Positions 6,908 to 16,792 are shown, numbered from the stretch's first letter. The stretch is 32,000 nt of DNA from Vibrio cholerae ATCC 14035 (GCF_000621645.1 NZ_JHXR01000009.1:176623-208622); one strand, 5' to 3'. Program-made: numbers and translations. Notes: a model not told the origin generated them from the letters alone.

Positions 6908-9341
6908 GGCGCTATTGGGTCATTATCGTCGCTATCCATTACAGATTTGTCTGGTCTGGCTTGGCTTGACTCTCGGTGTCTCTCTATTGGTGGGCGTTAC
7001 AGCCATTAACCATCATGCCAGACAAAGTTATGAGCATGGTGAGAAGCTATTTTCTAATCCTTTACCCTATCGTATTCGCTCCAAGCATATTGCTAATAAA
7101 ATTCCGCAAGGCTTATATATTCAGTTACGTCGTGACGGTTTTCAGCAGTGTGTTCCTTTCGATGATTACCGTTTTAGTACCACATCAGGTTTAGATCTGA
7201 TTTTACAAGGGATTGATCCCGTCGCTTTACTCTCTATCGACAACGGCAAACCCTTAGCTCAACAAAGTGGTTTGCAACTGATGAACCCGCCATATCCGGT
7301 CATGGTGAGTCAAGAGTTAGCCAAACTGCAAGATTGGCAAGAAGGGGACTACATCGCGCTGACGGATGGTTCTCAGCTTGGCCCGATTGTGATTGATAGA
7401 CATAACCAAGTCACGGGAATGCGAGTAGTGGCCGACCTATCTTTGGTCCGTATGCTCAAAAAAGGCTCTGGATTGACGGTGATCGCGTGTGCGGATATGC
7501 CACCGGCCAAGCTCGATAAACTGAAAAAAAGCTTGCCCAATGGCTTAACGCTCACCCGAAGTACACGTTCAGAGTTGGAGTCTTTAACGCAAGCTTTCCA
7601 TCTCAACTTAACCGCGATGGGCATGTTGGCCTTTTTAGTCGGTATCTTTATTTTCTATCAAGCGATGTCACTGTCTATGGTGCAGCGTCAGCCTTTGGTG
7701 GGCACGCTAAGACAAATTGGTGTTAATGGTTGGCAACTGGCCAAAGCATTGCTGATTGAACTGTTGGTATTGGTATTGGTGAGTTGGGTATGCGGTAACG
7801 TCTTGGGTTTACTGCTTGCCAATCAATTAATTCCATCTGTCGCGAGCAGTTTGGGTTATCTGTATAACGCCAATGTGGACTTAGCGATTGGTTGGGATTG
7901 GTCATGGAGCAGTTACAGTCTTTTGATGGCACTATTGGCGGCCTTTGCTTCTTGTACATGGCCTTTGGTGCGTTTGTTGCGTTCTCAACCCATTCGCTTA
8001 TCGGCACGCCTGTCATTGGTTCGCTTTGCGGGGAAAGAGTTTAAGCTACAAGCGCTATTGGCCTGTGCTTTGTGTGTGGCGGCGGTCGCGATTTATCAAG
8101 CCCCGAAAAGTCAGCAATCAGGGTTTGCGATTATTGGCTTAATGCTGCTGAGCGTTGCGCTGTTTACTCCCTACATTATCTGGACGTTATTCACCAGCTT
8201 TTCTTACACGCTGCGCTGGGTCAAAGTGCGTTGGTTTTTTGCCGATGCCGCCGCGAGTATGAGTTATCGTGGTGTGGCCACGATGGCATTTATGGTCGCT
8301 TTAGCGGCCAATATTGGTGTTGAAACCATGGTCGGCAGTTTCCGAGATACCACAGATCGCTGGCTGAGCCAGCGCCTTGCGGCCGATATCTACCTTTATC
8401 CGAGTAACAGTGTCGCTTCTCGTATGAGCCAATGGCTTGGCCAGCAACCTGAAGTTGACGCGGTTTGGTGGCGTTGGGAAAAAGATTTCGCATCGCAACA
8501 CGGGCCAGTACAAATCGTCAGTACGGGCGCTTCGGATGGTGAGCTAGACTCATTAACCGTCAAACTGGGCGTGCCTAATTATTGGTACCATTTGCATCAT
8601 GCGCGGGGGGTAATGATCAGTGAATCGATGGCGTTGAAGCTCGGGATTCGTCCCGGTGACCTGATCGATTTACCGGAGCCGATGGGCTCGGGGTGGGCGG
8701 TTTTTGGGGTCTATTACGATTACGGCAATCCTTATCATCAAGTGATGATGTCCCATCAAAACTGGATGAAAGCCTTTGCCGGCACTGGCAACGTGGCCTT
8801 GGCGGTTGTGCTCAAAGAAGGGCTCACCGGAGAAAGCGTCAAAAAACGCCTTGATACCATTTTCAGGCTGGATGCGGATCGTATCTTTGATAACACCAAT
8901 ATTCATAGCCATGCGATGCGGGTTTTTGATCGCACGTTTTCGATTGCGGGAACGCTGGGCAATATCACCTTATTTATCGCCGTCTGTGGCATTTTCTTCT
9001 CAACTCTAGCGGGAGAAACATCGCGTTTACGCCATATCTCTTTGTTGCGTTGCCTTGGTGTGTCAGGTAAAGAGCTAGTGCTGATCGGCGGTATGCAGTT
9101 ATTTGTTTTCGGCGCTATCTCTTTATTGATTGCACTGCCCTTGGGATTAACTTTGGCCAAATTAGTGATTGATGTGGTGATCAAGCATTCGTTTGGATGG
9201 ACTATGCAGTTGCAAATGGTGCCGGGAGAGTATGTGTACACAGTGGTGTGGTCTATGATGGCTTTAATTTTGGCGGGCGCTTTGCCGATTATTCGCTTGG
9301 CAAGAAAATCACCGATGAAATCACTGCGAGAGGCTTTGTAA
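6888..9341 (+). CDS. FtsX/MacB-type ABC permease with duplicated FtsX domains (AttF/G- or YbbP-like)
   Basis: 817 aa from the ATG at 6888, with AGGAGG at 6874-6879 (8-nt spacing). The track's 6831 start has no RBS. Two 4-TM FtsX-type modules, each with a large periplasmic loop. Overlaps the ATPase gene. Confidence 0.88.
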   Translation: MLWPVVKALLGHYRRYPLQICLVWLGLTLGVSLLVGVTAINHHARQSYEHGEKLFSNPLPYRIRSKHIANKIPQGLYIQLRRDGFQQCVPFDDYRFSTTSGLDLILQGIDPVALLSIDNGKPLAQQSGLQLMNPPYPVMVSQELAKLQDWQEGDYIALTDGSQLGPIVIDRHNQVTGMRVVADLSLVRMLKKGSGLTVIACADMPPAKLDKLKKSLPNGLTLTRSTRSELESLTQAFHLNLTAMGMLAFLVGIFIFYQAMSLSMVQRQPLVGTLRQIGVNGWQLAKALLIELLVLVLVSWVCGNVLGLLLANQLIPSVASSLGYLYNANVDLAIGWDWSWSSYSLLMALLAAFASCTWPLVRLLRSQPIRLSARLSLVRFAGKEFKLQALLACALCVAAVAIYQAPKSQQSGFAIIGLMLLSVALFTPYIIWTLFTSFSYTLRWVKVRWFFADAAASMSYRGVATMAFMVALAANIGVETMVGSFRDTTDRWLSQRLAADIYLYPSNSVASRMSQWLGQQPEVDAVWWRWEKDFASQHGPVQIVSTGASDGELDSLTVKLGVPNYWYHLHHARGVMISESMALKLGIRPGDLIDLPEPMGSGWAVFGVYYDYGNPYHQVMMSHQNWMKAFAGTGNVALAVVLKEGLTGESVKKRLDTIFRLDADRIFDNTNIHSHAMRVFDRTFSIAGTLGNITLFIAVCGIFFSTLAGETSRLRHISLLRCLGVSGKELVLIGGMQLFVFGAISLLIALPLGLTLAKLVIDVVIKHSFGWTMQLQMVPGEYVYTVVWSMMALILAGALPIIRLARKSPMKSLREAL

Positions 9342-10460
9342 ATGCGCCGCTTTCGTTTGCGCTTGAAACCTTGGGTATGGCTCTGCCTCGGCGCTCTGTT
9401 TTTTATGGTGGGCTTTATTGGCTATGAGCAGGAGGAGTATCACAGCATGTTACTGCACTCGGCTGATCCTGAACACTCGACGGTACAGGCAGTGTTTGAG
9501 CCCGTTTTACCCAATCATCCCGTTCGTTTACCGGCTGATTTTGCCTCTCGCCCTGAATTTGAACAAGAGTGGTGGAAGCTATACGCGTTGCTGGAGGATG
9601 AACAAGGCAATCCGCTTAGTGTGCAATGGAACTTTTTGCGTTTGGCGCAGGATGAGCGTGATACGTTAGGATGGCAGACGCCTCAGCTTTATTTTTCTTC
9701 TATCGTGATTAATGGCAAGAAAGTGAGCCTACGCGATCAAAAAATAGCTCGTGGCGGCATTGGTCAAGCCGGAATGGGCGATCAGCCTTTTCGGATGTGG
9801 ATTGATAACTGGACTTGGCGTTCATTGGGCATGGGACCTTTACCCGGTAATTTGCACCTCAGCACCGATCACTTCGCTCTAAATATGCAACTGCGCGCTC
9901 TTGGTCCTTATGTGTTATCGGGGGATCACGGTTATCAGGTCAAACAAGAACTGCTTTCTCTTGCGAGTTACCAGTTTCAACAGCCCTATATCGCAGTTCA
10001 TGGCGATTTGGTGGTAAGTCCTGAGCTACCCGCATTGAGAGTCCGCGGACGCGCTTGGTTGAGTAAAGAGTGGGGCAGTGAGTTAGTCGCTAACGAGCTA
10101 GCGGGCACGGATAGTTTCGTCATCCCACTCAATGATAAGCAGTGGTTGACGGTGAATCGCTTTCGCCACCGTGGAGTGCCAGATTCTGTGTACGGCATGC
10201 TGCATAACCTCAACGGTAAGAGTGTCGCGTTGTTGAATCGGGATATTCAACTCGAAGCGCTTTCTTCCTCTTCATTGAGTAATGGAAAGCGAGTCCCTCT
10301 ACGTTGGCGGTTAGCGATTCCTAAGTATCAAGTGAATGTATCTATTGAGCCATTGGATCGTGACGCTTGGCAGACATTCTTAATTCCGTATTGGGAAGGG
10401 CGTATTAAAGTGCTTGGAAGCCACAATCAGACCGGTTTTATGCAGTTATCAGGCTATTAA
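9342..10460 (+). CDS. AttH-like protein (CrtC hydratase-like / lipocalin-like), membrane-anchored or secreted
   Basis: 372 aa. The start abuts the permease stop (TAAATG). N-terminal signal anchor RLKPWVWLCLGALFFMVGFIGY. The remainder resembles the AttH/hydroxyneurosporene-synthase-like family that accompanies AttE/F/G-type ABC systems; this family assignment is from memory. Confidence 0.7.
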   Translation: MRRFRLRLKPWVWLCLGALFFMVGFIGYEQEEYHSMLLHSADPEHSTVQAVFEPVLPNHPVRLPADFASRPEFEQEWWKLYALLEDEQGNPLSVQWNFLRLAQDERDTLGWQTPQLYFSSIVINGKKVSLRDQKIARGGIGQAGMGDQPFRMWIDNWTWRSLGMGPLPGNLHLSTDHFALNMQLRALGPYVLSGDHGYQVKQELLSLASYQFQQPYIAVHGDLVVSPELPALRVRGRAWLSKEWGSELVANELAGTDSFVIPLNDKQWLTVNRFRHRGVPDSVYGMLHNLNGKSVALLNRDIQLEALSSSSLSNGKRVPLRWRLAIPKYQVNVSIEPLDRDAWQTFLIPYWEGRIKVLGSHNQTGFMQLSGY

Positions 10461-10490
10461 TTTCCTGTGATGATTATTTAGGGTTTGACA

Positions 10491-10514
10491 AAAAGGCGCG
10501 TTAAGCGCTTTTTT
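10491..10514. terminator. probable rho-independent terminator after the ABC operon
   Basis: AAAAGGCGC / GCGCTTTTT hairpin with a 4-bp GC core extended by A-T pairs and a 5-nt loop, followed by a T6 run. Short stem. Confidence 0.5.
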
Positions 10515-10738
10515 GGTTATGAGAACAAGATAAAACAATCAGTTACTATTTTTGATCTTGGTATGAAACTGAGACTGTCTATACTCAATTAAGGTGAAAT
10601 TCGCAGTGAAATACTCATGGATTCGAAAAAACCGAAGTAAATCCTCATTACAATCGATTTTTCCATTACACTAAGCCTAGCTACACTCTGGAACATTCTT
10701 TTGTTAATCAATTATTAACATAATTTAAGGACAAACCT

Positions 10739-11887
10739 ATGTCTGACATGATTCGAGATTTCTTCAAGATGGAATCTGCGGGGGGCATTCTGCTGGTGAT
10801 TGCGGCGGCGATTGCTATGGTCATTGCCAATTCAGCAATGGGTGAAGGGTACCAAGCATTTTTACATACCTATGTCTTTGGTATGTCGGTTTCACACTGG
10901 ATTAATGATGGCCTAATGGCGGTGTTTTTCTTATTGATCGGTTTAGAGGTCAAACGTGAACTGCTGGAAGGAGCGCTGAAATCCCGTGAAACAGCGATTT
11001 TCCCTGCGATAGCGGCGGTAGGCGGTATGCTCGCTCCTGCATTAATCTATGTAGCCTTCAATTTTAACGATCCGGCTGCCATTCAAGGTTGGGCGATTCC
11101 TGCGGCCACCGATATTGCGTTTGCGCTCGGGATCATGGCGCTACTGGGTAAGCGTGTGCCTGTGAGTTTGAAAGTGTTTCTGCTGGCGCTGGCGATCATT
11201 GATGACCTTGGCGTAGTAGTGATCATCGCTCTGTTTTACAGCAGTGATTTATCAACCATTGCACTCACTATCGGCTTTATCATGACGGGTGTGCTGTTTA
11301 TGCTTAATGCCAAGCACGTTACTAAATTGAGTATTTATTTGGTGGCAGGCCTCATCCTATGGATCGCCGTATTAAAGTCGGGTGTCCACGCCACATTGGC
11401 TGGAGTAGTGATCGGATTTGCTATTCCGCTGAAAGGCAATAAGGGTGAGCATTCACCGTTGAAACACCTTGAGCATGCACTGCATCCTTATGTTGCCTTT
11501 GCGATTTTACCTGTGTTTGCTTTTGCCAATGCTGGTATCTCACTGCAAGGCGTGTCATTAGCAGGGCTTACTTCTATGCTGCCACTGGGTGTAGCACTGG
11601 GTCTGTTCCTTGGTAAACCACTCGGCATCTTTAGCTTCAGTTGGGCTGCGGTTAAACTCGGGGTAGCAAAACTGCCAGAAGGGATCAACTTCAAGCATAT
11701 TTTTGCAGTATCGGTACTGTGTGGCATCGGTTTTACTATGTCGATCTTCATTTCATCACTGGCCTTTGGTCAAGCGAATGAAGCTTATGATACTTATGCG
11801 CGCTTAGGTATTTTAATGGGGTCAACCACCGCGGCATTACTTGGTTATTCTTTACTACGACTCTCTCTGCCGCTCAAAAAAGCGTAA
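10739..11887 (+). CDS. nhaA: Na+/H+ antiporter NhaA
   Basis: 382-aa polytopic ORF. Hallmark NhaA motifs are present, including [19 protein letters not shown] (the catalytic Asp pair) and [19 protein letters not shown] upstream of the ATG. Confidence 0.95.
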   Translation: MSDMIRDFFKMESAGGILLVIAAAIAMVIANSAMGEGYQAFLHTYVFGMSVSHWINDGLMAVFFLLIGLEVKRELLEGALKSRETAIFPAIAAVGGMLAPALIYVAFNFNDPAAIQGWAIPAATDIAFALGIMALLGKRVPVSLKVFLLALAIIDDLGVVVIIALFYSSDLSTIALTIGFIMTGVLFMLNAKHVTKLSIYLVAGLILWIAVLKSGVHATLAGVVIGFAIPLKGNKGEHSPLKHLEHALHPYVAFAILPVFAFANAGISLQGVSLAGLTSMLPLGVALGLFLGKPLGIFSFSWAAVKLGVAKLPEGINFKHIFAVSVLCGIGFTMSIFISSLAFGQANEAYDTYARLGILMGSTTAALLGYSLLRLSLPLKKA

Positions 11888-11914
11888 TCATTTCATCAGG
11901 CTTTGAACAATTCT

Positions 11915-11940
11915 AGCCTCCGCAATGCGGGGGCTTTTTT
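11915..11940 (+). terminator. rho-independent terminator of nhaA
   Basis: AGCCTCCGC (11915-11923) pairs with GCGGGGGCT (11927-11935): 9 bp including one G-U, with a 3-nt loop. Followed by T6. Confidence 0.85.
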
Positions 11941-12484
11941 GTAGTTTCACACTATGGCAGTGTGCTGAGTTTGCAACTCAATTGAGAACCTAGAGTGAAG
12001 TTAAAGTGCAAAAATTCTTATAACCATTCATATCAATAAGGCTATGCAACCGATGCGAATAATTATTAAAAACGATTGCGCTTGACTTTCTTTTTATGAT
12101 AAGGTTCGCGCCAATCTCGGACTGAGCTTCTGGGGGACACGCGTGGTGACCATTCAGGCTGATTGTGACACCACGTAGGGTAGGTATCGACAAGTCCTTT
12201 TGTCGATAGACGGGATACTCTTGCTGCGGAGCGGCATGTGAATGGGAAACCCAACATTGAACTCACTTAACTTATACACATTAATCAGCTTTGTACTTCC
12301 TTTATGCCCTGTTCAACAGGACAGTAGCATTACTGAACCTTGATTCTCTGATTTAGCAATTCGTCATCCAAGCGATGACCCACATTCCGGCTTGCCTATG
12401 CGCAAACGCGGAGCATTTTGCTATTCGCCATTTCCATAACCTAAACCGGAAAGGCGGAAACGAATCATCTCAAGGGGAAAAAAG

Positions 12485-15370
12485 ATGAGTACAGCCTTTG
12501 AAGTCGATAACCACATCGCAACTCTGTTTTCAACTCAAGTGCCGTTGCTAGACGGTCTTTACGATCTCACTCCAGACCAAGTGCTGCTCGATCAAGCTGC
12601 GCATGAATCTGAAGTGCGTTCTTATCCACGCCGTATTCCTATTGCCATTAAGCAAGCCTATGGCTGTTTGGTGGAAGATACGCGTGGGCAGATTTTCTTG
12701 GATTGCTTAGCCGGTGCAGGTACTTTGGTGCTCGGTTATAACCATCCAGAAATCAATCAAGCACTGAAAGCACAACTCGACTCTGGTCTGCCATACCAAA
12801 CTCTGGATATTGCAACCGAAGCGAAAACCCATTTCATCAAGACCGTGAAAGGCTTTTTGCCTAAGGCCTTGGGTGAAGATTGTGTGATCCAGTTCTGTGG
12901 CCCATCGGGTGCCGATGCGGTTGAGGCTGCAATTAAGCTTGCCAAGCAAACCACGGGGCGTAACACCATGTTTGCCTTCCGTGGTGCCTGCCACGGTATG
13001 ACTAACGGCACGATGGGGATGATGGGTAACCTCAATACCAAAGCGCGCCGTACGGGCTTGATGTCTGATGTGCACTTTATGCCTTTCCCGTACAGCTTAC
13101 GCTGTCCGTTTGGTTTAGGGGGTGATGAGGGTGCGAAAGCCAGTATCCGCTACATCGAACGTCTGCTGAATGATGATGAAGCGGGGATCATGAAACCTGC
13201 TGCGATCATCGTTGAACCCGTACAAGGTGAGGGAGGTGTTATCCCTGCGCCAGCATTCTGGTTGCGCGAACTGCGCCGCATTTGTGATGAGCACGGCATC
13301 CTGTTGATCTTTGACGAAATCCAATGTGGTGTAGGCAAAACAGGCCACAACTTTGCATTTGAAGAGTCCGGCATTATTCCTGATGTACTTTGCTTATCAA
13401 AAGCGATCGGCGGCGGTTTACCCATGTCGATTCTGGTTATCAACAAAAAACACGACACATGGCGTCCGGGTGAGCATACCGGAACCTTCCGTGGCAACCA
13501 GCTTGCAATGGTATCTGGCGCTAAAGCGCTTGAAATCATTCAGCGTGATAACCTCGTTGAGCATGCGCGTATTGCGGGTCAATACCTACGCGCTGGCCTA
13601 GAAAAAATCCAAAGCCGAGTCAACTGTGTTGCCGAAGTACGTGGAAAAGGCTTGATGCTCGGTCTTGAGATTAAAGATCCAAGCGGCGAACTGAACAAGT
13701 TTGGTGAGCCAAAATCAGCACCACAACTGACACTGGCAATTCAACGTGCGGCACTTGAGCGCGGCTTGATGGTAGAAAAAGGCGGCCGTGATGGTTCCGT
13801 GATTCGTTTCTTGCCACCAGTCATCATCTCGTTTGAACAGCTCGATTTCGCGTTACGCGTGCTTGAAGAGGCGATTCTTGCTGCAGGCGGCGGCAAAAAA
13901 GATCCTGAGCAAGTTAATCAAGAGTGGAAAAAACACTTTATTCACACTGGCCACATGGGCAGCCAAGAGTTCTCACAAGTGATGAACCATACGACCGCTG
14001 CGATGAAAGCCGTGTTTGAAGAGGTGAAAGCACCCTATTCAGGCCTTGATCCTAAAGTGCTGGAAGAAGCGATTTACGCGGTGGATCTGGATAACAAAAA
14101 TGCGTCACTAAAAGAAGTTATCTCTGAAACCGCAGAGTTGATCGCGAAGAACTCCATCATGGTTCAACACCCTGACTGTATTGCGCATTTGCACACGCCA
14201 CCCTTAATGCCTTCCGTTGTTGCTGAAGCCATTATTGCGTCATTGAACCAATCCATGGACTCATGGGATCAATCTTCTGCAGCAACCTTTGTTGAGCAGA
14301 AAGTGGTGGATTGGATGTGTGAAAAGTATGAACTGGGCGCGCAAGCGGACGGTATTTTCACCAGCGGTGGCACGCAAAGCAACCAGATGGGCTTAATGCT
14401 GGCTCGTGACTGGATCGCCGATAAGCTCAGTGGCCATTCAATCCAGAAATTGGGTCTACCTGAGTATGCGGACAAACTGCGTATTGTGTGCTCGAAGAAA
14501 TCTCACTTCACGGTACAAAAATCGGCATCTTGGATGGGCCTCGGTGAGAAAGCCATTCTTGCTGTTGACGCTCTACCTAATGGCACGATGGATGTGACTA
14601 AGCTTGAAGCTGCGGTTGAACAAGCCAAAGCTGAAGGGCTTATTCCCTTTGCCATTGTGGGTACCGCAGGCACTACCGACCATGGTGCGATTGATGATCT
14701 GGTGACGATCGCCGATGTGGCTGAGAAGCACGCACTGTGGATGCACGTGGACAGTGCCTATGGTGGCGCACTGATCCTGAGCAGTCATAAAGATCGCCTC
14801 AATGGCATCGAGCGCGCTCAATCCATCAGTGTGGATTTCCATAAGCTGTTTTTCCAAACCATTAGCTGTGGCGCATTGCTGCTCAAAGACAAGCATAACT
14901 TTAAGTATCTGCTGCACCATGCAGATTACCTAAACCGTGAGCACGATACGCTGCCAAACCTAGTCGATAAATCGATTTCGACTACTAAACGTTTTGATGC
15001 CCTAAAAGTGTTTATGACCATGCAAAACGTGGGACCTAAACAACTGGGCGCCATGTACGATCACCTGCTCGCTCAAACATTGCAGGTGGCGGAACTGGTA
15101 CGTCAGCATCAAAGCTTTGAGCTTTTAGCTGAGCCATCTTTGTCTACCGTGTTATTCCGCGCGGTAAATGAACAAGCTGCTGATCTGGATGAATTGAACA
15201 AAGCCGTTCGTCTACAGGCGCTGGTACGTGGTGTCGCTGTGCTTGGCGAAACCATAGTGGATGGCAAAACGGCCTTAAAATTCACAATCTTGAACCCATG
15301 CTTGACGATGTCGGATTTCGACTCTCTACTGGCTAAAATTGAAGCTCTAGCTGCTGAGCTAGCGAACTAA
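12485..15370 (+). CDS. bifunctional L-2,4-diaminobutyrate:2-oxoglutarate aminotransferase / L-2,4-diaminobutyrate decarboxylase (fused DABA AT/DC)
   Basis: 961 aa. The N-terminal half is a class-III PLP aminotransferase (LDCLAGAGTLVLGYNHP; PLP-Lys context DVLCLSKAIGGGLP). The C-terminal half is a group-II PLP decarboxylase (SGGTQSNQMGL; SVDFHKLFFQ). Same fusion architecture as the characterised V. cholerae enzyme, and followed by the other two norspermidine genes. Confidence 0.93.
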   Translation: MSTAFEVDNHIATLFSTQVPLLDGLYDLTPDQVLLDQAAHESEVRSYPRRIPIAIKQAYGCLVEDTRGQIFLDCLAGAGTLVLGYNHPEINQALKAQLDSGLPYQTLDIATEAKTHFIKTVKGFLPKALGEDCVIQFCGPSGADAVEAAIKLAKQTTGRNTMFAFRGACHGMTNGTMGMMGNLNTKARRTGLMSDVHFMPFPYSLRCPFGLGGDEGAKASIRYIERLLNDDEAGIMKPAAIIVEPVQGEGGVIPAPAFWLRELRRICDEHGILLIFDEIQCGVGKTGHNFAFEESGIIPDVLCLSKAIGGGLPMSILVINKKHDTWRPGEHTGTFRGNQLAMVSGAKALEIIQRDNLVEHARIAGQYLRAGLEKIQSRVNCVAEVRGKGLMLGLEIKDPSGELNKFGEPKSAPQLTLAIQRAALERGLMVEKGGRDGSVIRFLPPVIISFEQLDFALRVLEEAILAAGGGKKDPEQVNQEWKKHFIHTGHMGSQEFSQVMNHTTAAMKAVFEEVKAPYSGLDPKVLEEAIYAVDLDNKNASLKEVISETAELIAKNSIMVQHPDCIAHLHTPPLMPSVVAEAIIASLNQSMDSWDQSSAATFVEQKVVDWMCEKYELGAQADGIFTSGGTQSNQMGLMLARDWIADKLSGHSIQKLGLPEYADKLRIVCSKKSHFTVQKSASWMGLGEKAILAVDALPNGTMDVTKLEAAVEQAKAEGLIPFAIVGTAGTTDHGAIDDLVTIADVAEKHALWMHVDSAYGGALILSSHKDRLNGIERAQSISVDFHKLFFQTISCGALLLKDKHNFKYLLHHADYLNREHDTLPNLVDKSISTTKRFDALKVFMTMQNVGPKQLGAMYDHLLAQTLQVAELVRQHQSFELLAEPSLSTVLFRAVNEQAADLDELNKAVRLQALVRGVAVLGETIVDGKTALKFTILNPCLTMSDFDSLLAKIEALAAELAN

Positions 15371-15383
15371 AGGTAAAGGAACT

Positions 15384-16628
15384 ATGTCTATTCTACAGAT
15401 TGGTGCAGGCGGTGTTGGTTGGGTGGTGGCGCACAAAGCCGCACAAAACAACGATGTGCTGGGTGATATTACTATTGCGTCTCGCTCGATTGCGAAGTGT
15501 GAAAAAATCATTGAGTCGATTAAGGGTAAAAACAACCTTAAAGACTCTTCCAAGAAACTAGAAGCGCGTCAGGTTAACGCGGATGATATCGAATCACTGG
15601 TGAAACTGATTAATGAAGTAAAACCAGATTTAGTCATTAATGCTGGGCCACCATGGGTCAACGTCGCCATTATGGAAGCGTGTTACCAAGCGAAAGTTTC
15701 CTATTTGGACACCTCCGTTTCGGTCGATCTCTGTTCCAAAGGCCAGCAAGTACCTGAGGCGTATGACGCACAATGGGCGTTTCGCGACAAATTTAAGCAA
15801 GCCGGTATCACCGCGATTTTAAGTGCGGGTTTTGATCCGGGTGTAGTCAGCGTATTTGCGGCCTACGCAGCGAAATATCTGTTCGATGAAATCGACACCA
15901 TTGACGTTTTAGACATTAACGCTGGCGATCACGGCAAGAAGTTTGCGACTAACTTTGACCCTGAAACCAACCTATTGGAAATTCAGGGTGACTCCATCTA
16001 TTGGGATGCAGGGGAGTGGAAACGCGTACCTTGCCATACTCGGATGTTGGAGTTTGATTTCCCTAAATGTGGCAAATTCAAAGTGTACTCCATGTCGCAT
16101 GATGAGCTGCGTTCGCTGAAAGAGTTCATTCCTGCCAAGCGCATTGAGTTCTGGATGGGTTTTGGTGATCGCTACTTGAATTATTTCAATGTGATGCGTG
16201 ATATTGGCTTATTGAGCCCTGAGCCTCTGACTCTGCAAGATGGAACGGTTGTTAAGCCCCTGCAAGTATTGAAAGCGATGTTGCCCGACCCCACATCGCT
16301 TGCGCCGGGATACAAAGGTCTGACCTGCATTGGTACTTGGGTACAGGGCAAAAAAGACGGTAAAGCGCGTAGCGTTTTCATCTATAACCATGCTGATCAT
16401 GAAGTGGCTTACCATGATGTGGAGCACCAGGCGATTGCCTATACAACGGGTGTGCCTGCGATTACCGCGGCATTGCAGTTTTTCCGTGGTGAATGGGCAG
16501 AGCCGGGTGTATTCAATATGGAGCAGCTTAATCCTGATCCTTTCCTAGAAACGATGCCATCGATCGGTCTAGGCTGGGATGTGATGGAACTGGAGCCCGG
16601 ACAGCCAGATATTCAAGTGGTGAAATAA
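15384..16628 (+). CDS. carboxynorspermidine/carboxyspermidine dehydrogenase (synthase), saccharopine-dehydrogenase family
   Basis: 414 aa. N-terminal Rossmann motif ILQIGAGGVGWVVA. Starts 13 nt after the upstream stop, with AAGGA at 15376-15380. Pathway context. Confidence 0.92.
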   Translation: MSILQIGAGGVGWVVAHKAAQNNDVLGDITIASRSIAKCEKIIESIKGKNNLKDSSKKLEARQVNADDIESLVKLINEVKPDLVINAGPPWVNVAIMEACYQAKVSYLDTSVSVDLCSKGQQVPEAYDAQWAFRDKFKQAGITAILSAGFDPGVVSVFAAYAAKYLFDEIDTIDVLDINAGDHGKKFATNFDPETNLLEIQGDSIYWDAGEWKRVPCHTRMLEFDFPKCGKFKVYSMSHDELRSLKEFIPAKRIEFWMGFGDRYLNYFNVMRDIGLLSPEPLTLQDGTVVKPLQVLKAMLPDPTSLAPGYKGLTCIGTWVQGKKDGKARSVFIYNHADHEVAYHDVEHQAIAYTTGVPAITAALQFFRGEWAEPGVFNMEQLNPDPFLETMPSIGLGWDVMELEPGQPDIQVVK

Positions 16629-16661
16629 TGCACACTGAGAGTGAAAACCTCAGTGATTAAC

Positions 16662-16791
16662 TCTATACCCTTCCTACTTGAAGCTGCAGCGGTGTTGGCT
16701 ACGTTCGTTCACCCCAATCACATAGTGTATCTATGCTCATGGGGATGAAATCACTTGCCGCTTACCTGTAACTCCAAGTAGTTTGGGTATA
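16662..16791 (-). repeat. ERIC-like (MITE-like) intergenic repeat, copy 2 (inverted relative to copy 1)
   Basis: About 130 bp with TATACCC...GGGTATA termini. The reverse complement aligns end to end with 950-1074. Lies between the dehydrogenase gene and nspC. Confidence 0.8.
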
Positions 16792-16792
16792 A

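Noticed and set aside
12076-12100. Promoter-like hexamers TTGCGC / TTGACT and TATGAT upstream of the polyamine operon
   Set aside because: The spacers are only 13 and 7 nt, incompatible with sigma70 geometry.
11990-12266. Two overlapping minus-strand ORFs (66-67 aa) in the nhaA/polyamine intergenic region
   Set aside because: No Shine-Dalgarno, no recognisable motifs, and they overlap each other in different frames. The region is better treated as non-coding (see the leader finding).
12242-12343. 33-codon upstream ORF (MGNPTLNSLNLYTLISFVLPLCPVQQDSSITEP) on the plus strand in the leader
   Set aside because: The GGAG lies about 11 nt away (poor spacing), there is no obvious regulatory codon bias, and no terminator/antiterminator pair is associated with it. 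It cannot be supported as a leader peptide from sequence alone.
12707-13539. Antisense ORFs within the DABA aminotransferase domain (12707..13075, 12757..13041, 13115..13348, 13150..13539)
   Set aside because: They are nested opposite a well-supported enzyme gene, have no RBS, and give low-complexity translations.
950-16791. The inverted ERIC pair as a composite transposon or genomic island bounding 15.6 kb
   Set aside because: The enclosed genes are housekeeping or core (bcr, MATE, ABC, nhaA, polyamine genes) with ordinary composition. There is no transposase or integrase, and ERIC elements are non-autonomous. Independent insertions are the simpler explanation.
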